NCBI GenBank assembly: GCA_965215015.1
Contig: OZ244042.1
Span: 5,152,001-5,216,000 of the forward strand
Direction: 5' to 3'
Source: Candidatus Poribacteria bacterium
Lineage (GTDB): Bacteria; Poribacteria; WGA-4E; PCPOR2b
Length of the DNA stretch: 64,000 bases
Below, piece by piece: positions 21,149 to 30,799 of this stretch (the first letter of the stretch is position 1; each line of letters begins with the position of its first letter). The notes beneath the pieces are model-generated. The model did no database searches and was not told where the DNA came from. It saw only the letters and a list, made by a program, of their open reading frames with translations. The translations under genes were made by a program, and so were the position numbers.

Positions 21149-21607
21149 CGTATTTTCTCCTTGATTATTTCCTCATAATTACCTATCATCCCTGAAGATT
21201 TAAAGATAAAATGTGTCTAAGAAATAGGAATTAGTAACGCTTAGGCATACTGCACACAGACACTGAAACAAAATCTGGAAATGCTCTGAAGGAAGGGCAA
21301 TAGTGATGAACATATCAAAACTTATTGAGACCCTGCGTCCATGACGGGAGGCAAAGATTGGAGCGCGACTGGATCTGGTAGGTTCGGATCCGATATACGA
21401 GGCTGAAGAGCAATCTTCAAGTGCGCTATTTGCAGCGAGGATTGGTGGGCGTGGACTTATCACAACGCAAAAGCAGTGGTTAGAACAACTTAAACCGATC
21501 GTTGCAAATCTGACCTTAGTAGAACTGTTCTCCACTTCCTTACATCAGTTCATTGAAATTATGCAGATAGTTATCTACCATTAACGTGAACACAAAGGAA
21601 TTAAGAA

Positions 21608-22228
21608 ATGAGTCGAATATCCTACATCACACCTGAGAGCTTTACCGAAGCGCAACAGTGCCTTTTCAACAGTATCACCGGCGGTAAGCGTGGCAAAGGA
21701 CGGGCTCCCGAAGATCTCCTCAACTCAGAAGGGGGCATGAGCGGGCCGTTCAACGCGTGGCTCAGAAGTCCTGTGTTAGGTGAGGCGGTACAACGGGTTG
21801 GCGAAACTGTCCGTTTTGAAAGTGCACTCCCGCCGCAACTGCGAGAACTCGCAATCTTAATCGTTGCTGCCAAATGGAAGGCGCAATATGAGTGGTGGGC
21901 GCATGAGAAAATTGCAAGACGGGAGGACTTGGACGAGCGGATAATAGGAGACGTCAAGGCGGAGATATACCCAGATTTTTCCAATCCAACCGAGGCAGTG
22001 GTCTACAACTTTACCCGACAGTTGCTCGACGAACATCGGGTATCAACACATTTATATGATGAGGCGGTTGAACTGCTCGGTGAAGTGGGGGTTGTGGAGC
22101 TGGTGATTCTGATCGGTTACTACACATTGGTGTCAATGACGCTGAATGTATTCGAGGTGCAGATACCCGTCGGTGAACAAATGCCCTTCGTTCAGGTTGA
22201 GGAGAGGAGAGGGCACGCGGCATCTTAA
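21608..22228 (+). CDS. Carboxymuconolactone decarboxylase/AhpD-like protein
   Basis: GPFNAWLRSP, LRELAIL, YEWWAH, VELVILIGYY. Confidence 0.85.
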   Translation: MSRISYITPESFTEAQQCLFNSITGGKRGKGRAPEDLLNSEGGMSGPFNAWLRSPVLGEAVQRVGETVRFESALPPQLRELAILIVAAKWKAQYEWWAHEKIARREDLDERIIGDVKAEIYPDFSNPTEAVVYNFTRQLLDEHRVSTHLYDEAVELLGEVGVVELVILIGYYTLVSMTLNVFEVQIPVGEQMPFVQVEERRGHAAS

Positions 22229-22259
22229 CAGAGAAGTAAAGGACAAAAGGGGACTAGAT

Positions 22260-23057
22260 ATGGGGCTCACTGGTAAAGTTGCAATCATCGTTGGAGCCGG
22301 TCAGACGCCGGGAGAAACCATCGGTAACGGTAGAGCAACCGCGATTCGCTTCGCAAAGGAGGGCGCGCGGGTACTCCTTGTTGACAAACGCCCTGACTCG
22401 GCAGAGCATACCGCTCAGATGATAAAAGAAGTTGATGGCGAAGCCTCAGTTTTCGGGGCGGACATAACCGTAGAATCGGATTGTCAGGCAATTGTCGAAA
22501 CCTGTGTCGCCCGCTACGGGCGCGTCGATATCCTGCATAACAACGTCGGAATCGCAGCAGGTGATGCTGATACGGCTGATCTAACTGAAGCAAATTGGGA
22601 ACTATTGATGGACATCAACCTCAAAGGCATGTTTCTCACTATCAAGCATGTCCTGCCCGTGATGCGAGCCCAGGGGGGCGGAGTCATTATCAATATCTCC
22701 TCAACGGCATCGCTCTGCACGCGGCCAACCATGCTCGCATACAAAACCAGTAAGGCTGCGATTAATGCAATGACACAGAACCTCGCCATTGAAAATGCGG
22801 AATATGGGGTGCGCGTGAATGCGATTTTGCCCGGCCTAATGGATACGCCCATGGCGATTGAACGGCGGGTCGCAGAACGGGGGGTGAGCCGCGAAATTAT
22901 CCGTCAGGAACGGGACGAAGATGTCCCGCTTCGTCAAAAGATGGGCTCCGGATGGGATGTCGCAGCTGCGGCTGCGTTCCTGGCGTCCGATGATGCAAGG
23001 TACATCACAGGGGTGCTTTTGCCCGTTGACGGTGGCTTGAGTGCACGAGTTGGATAA
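22260..23057 (+). CDS. Short-chain dehydrogenase/reductase
   Basis: GNGRA, LHNNVG, YKTSK (YxxxK), VRVNAILPG, LPVDGG. Confidence 0.9.
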   Translation: MGLTGKVAIIVGAGQTPGETIGNGRATAIRFAKEGARVLLVDKRPDSAEHTAQMIKEVDGEASVFGADITVESDCQAIVETCVARYGRVDILHNNVGIAAGDADTADLTEANWELLMDINLKGMFLTIKHVLPVMRAQGGGVIINISSTASLCTRPTMLAYKTSKAAINAMTQNLAIENAEYGVRVNAILPGLMDTPMAIERRVAERGVSREIIRQERDEDVPLRQKMGSGWDVAAAAAFLASDDARYITGVLLPVDGGLSARVG

Positions 23058-23073
23058 AACAGAGGAATTTCGC

Positions 23074-26000
23074 ATGACAACCCTTAATCTCAAACCGACA
23101 CACAAACCCATCAGAGACTACTACACTGCACTCGACCAATTCAATCAGCTCGGCTTTACACACGAAACTGCTGTCCGATCGGCGTTCCAATCCCTCCTCC
23201 AATATTGCGGACGAGCGTTTAACCGGACCCTGGTGCCTGAGTACTCGATAGCCCTCCGTCAAAACAGGCGGATTGTTGTTGACGGTGCATTGATTGACAA
23301 TTTTAACCTGATTCACGGCTATTGGGAGGCGAAGGATAGCCACGACGACCTGATTACCGAAATCGGACGAAAGTTTCAAAAAGGATACCCTCGCAACAAT
23401 ATCCTCTTCCAAACCCCACACCGCGCCCACCTTTGGCAGAACGGTCAGCAGATACGCCAAGCCGACCTCACCGACCCAACCCAACTGATAAAGATTCTCG
23501 ACACCTTTTTTGCATACCGTCCACCAGAATACACCCAATGGGAGGAGGCAGTCGCCCATTTCAAGGACAGAGTCCCCGACATCGGGAGCGAGTTGGCAGA
23601 TTTAATCCAAAAGGAACGGGAGGCCAACCCCCACTTTACCGGGGCATTTAAGGCTTTTTATGAGAAATGCCAGCAATCAATCAACCCCAATCTTTCCGAA
23701 GCCGCTGTCGAGGAGATGCTTATCCAACACCTGTTGACCGAGCGCATCTTCCGCACAGTTTTCGATAACCCCGATTTCACCCGCCGCAATGTCATTGCCA
23801 ATGAGATTGAGAAGGTAATAGACGCGCTCACATCACAGTCGTTTAGCCGCGATGATTTTCTCCGTAGCCTTGACCCGTTCTATGCAGCCATCGAGCGCAC
23901 CGCGGCAACAATCAACGACTTCTCCCAAAAACAGGGATTTCTCAACACGGTTTACGAGCAGTTTTTTCAAGGTTTTTCGGTGGAGGTCGCCGATACACAC
24001 GGTATCGTCTACACGCCGCAGCCGATTGTTGATTTTATGGTGAGAAGTGTTGAGGAGATATTAAAGACTGAATTTAATCGGTCGGTCTCCGATGCCGGTG
24101 TCCACATCATCGACCCGTTTGTGGGAACGGGCAATTTTATCGTGCGGACGATGCGCGAGATTCGCAAGACTGTGCTGTCGCAAAAGTACACAACAGAGTT
24201 GCACTGCAACGAGGTGATGCTGCTGCCGTACTACATTGCCTCAATGAACATTGAGCATGAATTTTACGAGGCGATAGGTACGTATCGTCCCTTTGATGGC
24301 ATCTGTCTTGTGGATACGTTTGAACTGGCAGAGGCCCGACAGTTGCCGCTATTCGCGCCGGAGAACACTCAACGCGTTGAGGAGCAGAAGAACACCCCGA
24401 TGTTTGTGATTATCGGCAATCCACCTTACAATGTTGGTCAGGTCAACGAGAACGACAACAACAAAAATCGGAAATATCCAACGATAGATGCGCGGGTCAA
24501 GGATACCTATTCGCAAAACTCCACAGCGACGAATAAAAACGCATTGGCGGATTCTTATGTGAAGGCGATTCGGTGGGCATCGGACCGGATTGGAGAAGAA
24601 GGGGTTGTCGCTTTCGTAACAAACAACAGCTTTCTCGACAGTGTGGCGTTCGACGGAATGCGAAAACATCTCGCAGCCGATTTCGACACGATTTATATTC
24701 TGGACTTGGGCGGAAACGCCCGGAAGGGATTGAAGGTCTCGAATGCCAATGTGTTTGGAATACGGGTCGGCGTGAGCATTAATCTATTTGTGAAGAACAG
24801 ACGGGCGATGAATCGCCCTACTACAAACAGAGGGGGATCGGTCTCTGCTTGTATCTTTTACTATCGCACCGATGACCAATGGAACAAAAAACAGAAATTC
24901 GATTTTCTGGAGGAACGTGGACATATAGGTAATATAGATTGGCAGACCATTCGCCCCGACACACGCTACACATGGCTGACAGAAGGGCTCCACGCCGAAT
25001 TTGAAACCTTTATCCCAATGGGAAATCAGGAAGCGAAGGCAGGAAAAGACGAGGCGGTAGGTGTGATTTTCAAAACTTATAGCCTCGGCATCAACACTGC
25101 CCGGGACGCATGGGCTTACAACTTCAACCGAAATCGACTCATACAGAACATGAGACTGACGATTGACACCTACAATGTGGAAGTCGATCGGTGGAAACGT
25201 CGTGAGGATCAATCTGAAAATCTTGACGATTTTGTGCTATCTGATGACAGCAAAATCAAGTGGAGTTCTGCCTTAAAACAGAAGCTGAAAAGTGGGCAGC
25301 TCGCAGAATTTGCAAACACAAAAATCCGACAATCACTCTACCGTCCGTTCACAAAATCAAACCTATTTTCGGATCGCGTGATAAACCATAGAGTTCACGT
25401 TTTCCCCACCATCTTTCCCACATCTGAAACTGAACAAGAAAATCGGGTGATTTGCGTTGCTGGCATTGGTGATAGAAAAGGCTTTGGTTGTCTTATAACA
25501 AACAGGATTCCTACCTTAGATTTAGCCTTTGAAAAGGCCCAATGCTTCCCCTTTTACACCTACGACGAAGACGGAACAAACCGCCGCGAAAACATCACCG
25601 ATTGGGTGTTGGCACAATTCCGAACACATTATCAAGATGAGAACATCACCAAGTGGGACATTTTTCATTACGTCTACGCCCTCTTGCATCACCCTGACTA
25701 TCGGGAACGGTATCAAGCAAACCTCAAGCGGGACCTGCCGCGCCTGCCGCATACCCCCGACTTTTGGGGGTTTGCCAAAGCGGGACAGCGATTGGAGGAA
25801 ATCCACATCGGCTATGAGGAGATGCCCGAATATCAGCTCGCATTCATCGAAAACCGTGAGGTGCCGCTCGATTGGCGGGTGAAGAAGATGAAGTTGTCCC
25901 AAGACAAAACGCAAATAAAATACAACGAGTTCCTAACCCTCGACGGGATACCTGCAAAGGCGTTTGACTATCCGCTTGGGAATCGGACAGCGTTGGAATG

Positions 26001-26166
26001 GGTAATCAACCAGTATTGCGTCAAGACAGACAAGCGTAGCGGCATCCTCAACGACCCGAACCGGGAGGACGATCCAGAGTACATCGTCAAGCTAATCGGG
26101 AAGGTGATCACGGTCAGTTTGGAGACAGTGGCGATTGTGGATGGATTGCCGGTGCTTACATCATGA
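23074..26166 (+). CDS. Fused restriction-modification enzyme (PD-(D/E)xK nuclease + N6-adenine MTase + Type ISP-like C-terminal specificity region; no helicase)
   Basis: VDGAL...WEAKD nuclease; GIVYTP, DPFVGTG motif I, IGNPPY motif IV; YRPF, YVYALLH..YRERY..NLK..LPR, LEWVINQY..DKRSGILNDPN. Confidence 0.88.
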   Translation: MTTLNLKPTHKPIRDYYTALDQFNQLGFTHETAVRSAFQSLLQYCGRAFNRTLVPEYSIALRQNRRIVVDGALIDNFNLIHGYWEAKDSHDDLITEIGRKFQKGYPRNNILFQTPHRAHLWQNGQQIRQADLTDPTQLIKILDTFFAYRPPEYTQWEEAVAHFKDRVPDIGSELADLIQKEREANPHFTGAFKAFYEKCQQSINPNLSEAAVEEMLIQHLLTERIFRTVFDNPDFTRRNVIANEIEKVIDALTSQSFSRDDFLRSLDPFYAAIERTAATINDFSQKQGFLNTVYEQFFQGFSVEVADTHGIVYTPQPIVDFMVRSVEEILKTEFNRSVSDAGVHIIDPFVGTGNFIVRTMREIRKTVLSQKYTTELHCNEVMLLPYYIASMNIEHEFYEAIGTYRPFDGICLVDTFELAEARQLPLFAPENTQRVEEQKNTPMFVIIGNPPYNVGQVNENDNNKNRKYPTIDARVKDTYSQNSTATNKNALADSYVKAIRWASDRIGEEGVVAFVTNNSFLDSVAFDGMRKHLAADFDTIYILDLGGNARKGLKVSNANVFGIRVGVSINLFVKNRRAMNRPTTNRGGSVSACIFYYRTDDQWNKKQKFDFLEERGHIGNIDWQTIRPDTRYTWLTEGLHAEFETFIPMGNQEAKAGKDEAVGVIFKTYSLGINTARDAWAYNFNRNRLIQNMRLTIDTYNVEVDRWKRREDQSENLDDFVLSDDSKIKWSSALKQKLKSGQLAEFANTKIRQSLYRPFTKSNLFSDRVINHRVHVFPTIFPTSETEQENRVICVAGIGDRKGFGCLITNRIPTLDLAFEKAQCFPFYTYDEDGTNRRENITDWVLAQFRTHYQDENITKWDIFHYVYALLHHPDYRERYQANLKRDLPRLPHTPDFWGFAKAGQRLEEIHIGYEEMPEYQLAFIENREVPLDWRVKKMKLSQDKTQIKYNEFLTLDGIPAKAFDYPLGNRTALEWVINQYCVKTDKRSGILNDPNREDDPEYIVKLIGKVITVSLETVAIVDGLPVLTS
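24801..24828 (-). repeat. GTAG-type REP hairpin inside the R-M coding sequence
   Basis: Reverse complement GTTTGTAGTAGGGCGATTCATCGCCCGT; similar to intergenic REPs near 974 and 38376. Confidence 0.7.
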
Positions 26167-26179
26167 TCGATTGGAGGGT

Positions 26180-27411
26180 GGCAATCTGAACATGCACCCT
26201 CGCTTCCATTGCCCCACAATTAGTTATCCTGAAAATCCGCTAATCCACTAAATCCTGATTCAGACAAGATATTATCAAAACTATCCGAAAGGTCATCACA
26301 GTCAGTTCGCAGACAGTAGCGATTGTCGATGGATTGCCGGTGCTTACATCGTGATCGATTGGAGGGTGGCAATCTGAAGATGCTCCCTCGCTTCCATTTA
26401 ACCACAATGGGTTATCCTGAAAATCCGCTAATCCACTAAATCCTGATTCAGACAAGATATTATCAAAATTATCGGAAAGGTCATCACGGTCAGTTTGGAG
26501 ACAGTGGCAATTGTGGATGGATTGCCGGATTTGGGAATCTGAAGATGCACCCTCGCTTCCATTTAACCACAATTAGTTATCCTGAAAATCCGCTAATCCA
26601 CTAAATCCTGATTCAGACAATCTCAACCCTCAACGGGACACCTGCAAAGGCGTTTGACTATCGGCTTGGGAATCGGACAGCGTTGGAATGGATAATCAAC
26701 CAGTATTGCGTCAAGACGGACAAGCGTAGCGGCATCCTCAACGACCCGAACCGTCAGGAGAATCCACAATATATTGTCAAAATTATCGGAAAGGTGATTA
26801 CGGTCAGTTTGGAGACGGGGGCGATTGTGCAAGGATTGCCGGATTGGGGAATCTGAAGATGCGCCCTCGCTTCCATTTCCCCGCAATGGGTTATCCTGAA
26901 AATCCGCTAATCCACTCAATCCTGATTCAGACAATCTCAACCCTCGACGGGACACCTGCAAAGGCGTTTGACTATCGGCTTGGAATCGGACAGCGTTGGA
27001 ATGGATAATCAACCAGTATTGCATCAAGACGGACAAGCGTAGCGGCATCCTCAACGACCCGAACCGTCAGGAGAATCCACAATATATTGTCAAAATTATC
27101 GGAAAGGTCATCACGGTCAGTTTGGAGACGGGGGCGATTGTGCAAGGATTGCCGGATTGGGGAATCTGAAGATGCGCCCTCGCTTCCATTTAACCACAGT
27201 TGGTTATCCCGAAAATCCGCTAATCCACTCAATCCTGATTCAGACAATATATTATCAAAATTATCGGGAAGGTGATCACGGTCAGTTCGGAGACGGGGGC
27301 GATTGTGCAAGGATTGCCGGATTGGGGAATCTGAAGATGCGCCCTCGCTTCTATTTCCCACAATGGGTTATCCTGAAAATCCGCTAATCCAGTAAATCCT
27401 GATTCAGACAA
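26180..27411 (+). repeat. Array of six ~85-bp elements alternating with five diverged copies of the R-M gene 3' end
   Basis: Element ...GTTATCCTGAAAATCCGCTAATCCACTAAATCCTGATTCAGACAA ends at 26267, 26455, 26620, 26934, 27247 and 27411; the intervening DNA translates to variants of the R-M C-terminus. Confidence 0.93.
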
Positions 27412-27446
27412 TCTCCCAATCTTTTGGACCTTCCCTTAATTTTCCC

Positions 27447-27475
27447 TTGACCTGCTGTCCCTCCGATGCTATGAT
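27447..27475 (+). promoter_or_regulatory. sigma70-type promoter of the SDR operon
   Basis: TTGACC-17-TATGAT. Confidence 0.55.
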
Positions 27476-27609
27476 AAAAACACAATATCCGATATTTTTA
27501 AGCGTGGAGGAGGGTGCGCTCACGGTTCTTCATGCTGCCAATATCTGATTTAAGACCAACCCCAAAACAGGGTATCCAATCCATAGAATAGAATGAGGAG
27601 ATATAATAG

Positions 27610-28362
27610 ATGAGTACAAAGGTTGCTATTGTTACAGGAGCTGGCTCTAACATTGGCCAACGAACGGTGCTCGCGCTGCTAGGCGAAGGGTATTCCGTTA
27701 CCCTAGCCGGACGGCGTGCGGAAGCCTTAGAGGACACAGCTGCACAGGCGGGAGAAGCACACTCACGGACGTTAATTGTGCCCACAGATGTGACAGATCC
27801 CGCCTCCATTAAAACCTTGTTCGCCAAGACAAAGGAGACCTTTGGCAGGCTCGACCTACTGTTTAATAATGCGGGAGTCGGTGCGCCGGGCGTCCCTTTA
27901 GAAGACCTGACCTACGAGCAATGGAAGACGGTCGTGGACACCAACCTGACCGGCTCATTCTTGTGCACGCAGGAAGCGTTCAAGATTATGAAGGACCAAG
28001 ACCCTAGAGGAGGACGCATCATCAATAACGGTTCCGTATCGGCGCATGTGCCGCGCGTCAACTCCGCGCCCTACGCTTCCACCAAACACGCGCTGACCGG
28101 GCTAACGAAATCAACCTCCCTTGATGGACGTAAATATGATATTGCGTGTGGACAAATTGACATCGGCAATGCGTCGATTGACGCCGCCCAGAGAAGCGAT
28201 ACCGGCAGCCTCCAACCGAATGGATCTCTCATGGTCGAGCCCCGAATGGACACAGATGATATTGCACGCGCCGTCGTATTTATGGCAAGCCTACCACTGG
28301 AGGCAAACGTGCTATTCACAACCGTCATGGCGACAAAGATGCCCTATGTTGGGCGTGCGTAA
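27610..28362 (+). CDS. Short-chain dehydrogenase/reductase
   Basis: [37 protein letters not shown]. Confidence 0.9.
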   Translation: MSTKVAIVTGAGSNIGQRTVLALLGEGYSVTLAGRRAEALEDTAAQAGEAHSRTLIVPTDVTDPASIKTLFAKTKETFGRLDLLFNNAGVGAPGVPLEDLTYEQWKTVVDTNLTGSFLCTQEAFKIMKDQDPRGGRIINNGSVSAHVPRVNSAPYASTKHALTGLTKSTSLDGRKYDIACGQIDIGNASIDAAQRSDTGSLQPNGSLMVEPRMDTDDIARAVVFMASLPLEANVLFTTVMATKMPYVGRA

Positions 28363-28494
28363 CGGTTTGAACGAAGCGGTCTGGCTGTGATCCCCCACAT
28401 TGAGCGAGACTATCTAGACCTATTTCAACGCAAATTGTCTCCAATTCCAGTCGATCGAGATTCATATCTTCCTGCCAGATGGAGAGAATTCACA

Positions 28495-28869
28495 ATGGCT
28501 GACAGACAACAGATCCAGCAGTGGTTGGACAAGCTACGCGCCGGTACGCTAGTGGAGGCGGATTTCCAACAGGCGTTGGACCGTCTAACTGACGGGGGCT
28601 TCGAGGGCGACCCGCCGAAGCGGCAGCGATTGCTGTATCTGAACACCAGCAACACGGGCGTTGATTCCCAAGTTCTCGGCATGGCACTGGTAGAAAATGG
28701 TCAAATCCTCGAAGGACCAGACGATGCGGACGAGTGGCCCTATAACTCCGTGCTTGATGCGATGAACGATGGCTGGCGGGTGATCAAGTTCCCGGAGATG
28801 GCATTGCTGCTCCAAGAAGATAAGACCTTTGGCCTCGGATGCGAATTTATCCTCGAAAAATTAACCTGA
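28495..28869 (+). CDS. Hypothetical protein
   Basis: GGAGAG RBS before ATG 28495; WPYNSVLDAMNDGWRVIKFP...EFILEK; sits within an operon. Confidence 0.65.
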   Translation: MADRQQIQQWLDKLRAGTLVEADFQQALDRLTDGGFEGDPPKRQRLLYLNTSNTGVDSQVLGMALVENGQILEGPDDADEWPYNSVLDAMNDGWRVIKFPEMALLLQEDKTFGLGCEFILEKLT

Positions 28870-28902
28870 AACCGTAACTGTGAGTTGCAAAGGAGTTTTT
28901 TG

Positions 28903-29808
28903 ATGAACCCGACGACATTGGCCCCGGTTGAACGCATCGGAATCCCACATGGCGAGCCCACAATAGGAGGAACCTACGATTGTGAACCCACGCTGAACGA
29001 CCAAGAGGTGTTTGAATTTTGCCGTAAGGGGTATCTGCTGCTCGAAGGTGTGGTCGAAGACGAGGTCAATCAGCGCATGATGGACTTTGTGGACGAGCAC
29101 CCGGAGCACCAACCGCTTGAACTGTTGACCGAAGACTGGTTTGTTGATAGCGTATTCAAAAATCCACAAGCGGCGGGGGCCGTCAGATCGTTGCTCGGCA
29201 AAAACTTCAAGCTGCCTCAGACGCTGTGTAATCACCGTGCCCAATGTCCAGCACCGCCCCAGGGGTGGCATCGGGACGGCGGGTCAATTTATACCCCACG
29301 CTTGGACTATCTGCAAGTGTTCTATTATCCACAGGACACACCGAAGGAGGCGGGGCCAACCGAGGTCATTCCCGGCTCCCACTTCCTGCGGACCAAAGCG
29401 AACTACATGGCGCACTTACGCAGTGTGAAACTCTCCGTACCAACCACCGCACCGGCGGGTTCTATCTTCATCACCGTCTATTCGATATGGCACCGCAAAG
29501 GTCGGAGCACCATCAACGGCTTCCGCAACCTGTTCAAATACAATTACTGGCGGACGACTGAACCGTGCCGGGACTGGAAAATTGAACCCAATTTTGACTT
29601 TTCTTGGCCCTCTTTCAACAGTGAACCCCACTTCGAGCAGTTTAAGTGTGGCATCGCTGCTGCTGAAATGTTCTGCTGGTTATCCGGCGAAGATTACCAG
29701 CATACTGGCGGTCAATGTTGGCCCTGTGAAGCTCCTGTCAAGCCACCGGCGTGTGACCAAGAGGGGTTGCCGAGCGGATTACGACGATATTCGGAGGCCC
29801 AGATATGA
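28903..29808 (+). CDS. PhyH-family dioxygenase
   Basis: KGYLLLEGV, WHRDG, GPTEVIPGSH, IWHR. Confidence 0.85.
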   Translation: MNPTTLAPVERIGIPHGEPTIGGTYDCEPTLNDQEVFEFCRKGYLLLEGVVEDEVNQRMMDFVDEHPEHQPLELLTEDWFVDSVFKNPQAAGAVRSLLGKNFKLPQTLCNHRAQCPAPPQGWHRDGGSIYTPRLDYLQVFYYPQDTPKEAGPTEVIPGSHFLRTKANYMAHLRSVKLSVPTTAPAGSIFITVYSIWHRKGRSTINGFRNLFKYNYWRTTEPCRDWKIEPNFDFSWPSFNSEPHFEQFKCGIAAAEMFCWLSGEDYQHTGGQCWPCEAPVKPPACDQEGLPSGLRRYSEAQI

Positions 29809-30689
29809 ACATCGGTTTCATCGGTATTGGACGTATGGGAGGCTTCATGGCACGAAATCTTGTCAAAGGCGGGCATACCCTAACGGTGTTTGATACCCAC
29901 AAGGAAGCGGCTGAAGAATTGTTGTCGCAGGGGGCATCATGGGCGGAGAGCCCACGCGCCGTAGCAGCAGCGAGTCAAGCCGTGTTCACGGCACTGCCGC
30001 GTCCCCAAGATGTGGAGGTCGTTGCGCTAGGAGATTGCGGCATCCTCGACGGTGCTGCACCAGGTTTAGCATACTTTGACCTGAGCACCACCGATCCGGA
30101 TACCATCCATCGGATAGCCGCTGCTGCGAAGCCCAAAGGTATCCATGTGTTGGATACCCCGGTCAGTGGTGGTGTCAGCGGTGCCGAGCAGGCGACATTG
30201 TGTATCATGGTCGGGGGCGACCCGTCGGTCTATACGTCTTACAAGCCTCTCCTTGAACTGATTGGCGAAAAAGTTATTTACTGCGGCGAGCAAGGTATGG
30301 GAGCAGTTTGCAAAATTGTGAATAACCTCATTAATCTTGGCAACTACGTTTTGGTGTCAGAAGCACTGACGCTCGGACTCAAAGCCGGTGCCCAGACAGA
30401 GATCCTGTTTGAGGCAATCTCTCACAGCTCCGGCAATACCGAATGTATGCAGGAATTCCCCGCAAGTCTGTTCCAAGGTAATTTTGAGCCGGGATTTCAG
30501 CTAGACCTTGGGGCGAAAGATGTCGGTCTGGCAACGAAGATGGGGCGTCAATTGTGTCTGCCGATGGAGCTAGCTAATATCATCGAACAGCGTTTCACCG
30601 AAGCGCGAAACCGGGGGTGGGGACAGCTGGCATCGGTCTCAGTGACGCGGCTTCAGGAAGAACAGGCGGGTGTGAAGATTCGCGCGTGA
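29805..30689 (+). CDS. 3-hydroxyisobutyrate dehydrogenase/tartronate semialdehyde reductase family
   Basis: GFIGIGRMG, DLST, DTPVSGG, KIVNN, KDVGLA. Confidence 0.9.
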   Translation: MNIGFIGIGRMGGFMARNLVKGGHTLTVFDTHKEAAEELLSQGASWAESPRAVAAASQAVFTALPRPQDVEVVALGDCGILDGAAPGLAYFDLSTTDPDTIHRIAAAAKPKGIHVLDTPVSGGVSGAEQATLCIMVGGDPSVYTSYKPLLELIGEKVIYCGEQGMGAVCKIVNNLINLGNYVLVSEALTLGLKAGAQTEILFEAISHSSGNTECMQEFPASLFQGNFEPGFQLDLGAKDVGLATKMGRQLCLPMELANIIEQRFTEARNRGWGQLASVSVTRLQEEQAGVKIRA

Positions 30690-30799
30690 ACTTTGGGATT
30701 CGTTTGGCGGCTATTGGAGCGGGGCGGAGTCGGACATCAAACGGAAGCCGGTTGATTCTCTTGATATTCCAAAAAAACTTGAATGAGACGAGGTGAACT

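Noticed and set aside
26180-27411. CRISPR array
   Set aside because: Repeats are ~85 bp, the 'spacers' are homologous to each other and to the adjacent gene, and no cas genes are present.
25935-27411. Diversity-generating retroelement TR/VR pairs or a shufflon
   Set aside because: Differences are not adenine-specific, there is no reverse transcriptase or invertase in the window, and all cassettes are in direct orientation.
26220-27411. Minus-strand ORFs with repeated LSESGFSGLADFQDN, and other short antisense ORFs in the track
   Set aside because: These are read-through translations of repeats or shadows of well-supported genes, with no RBS or family motifs.
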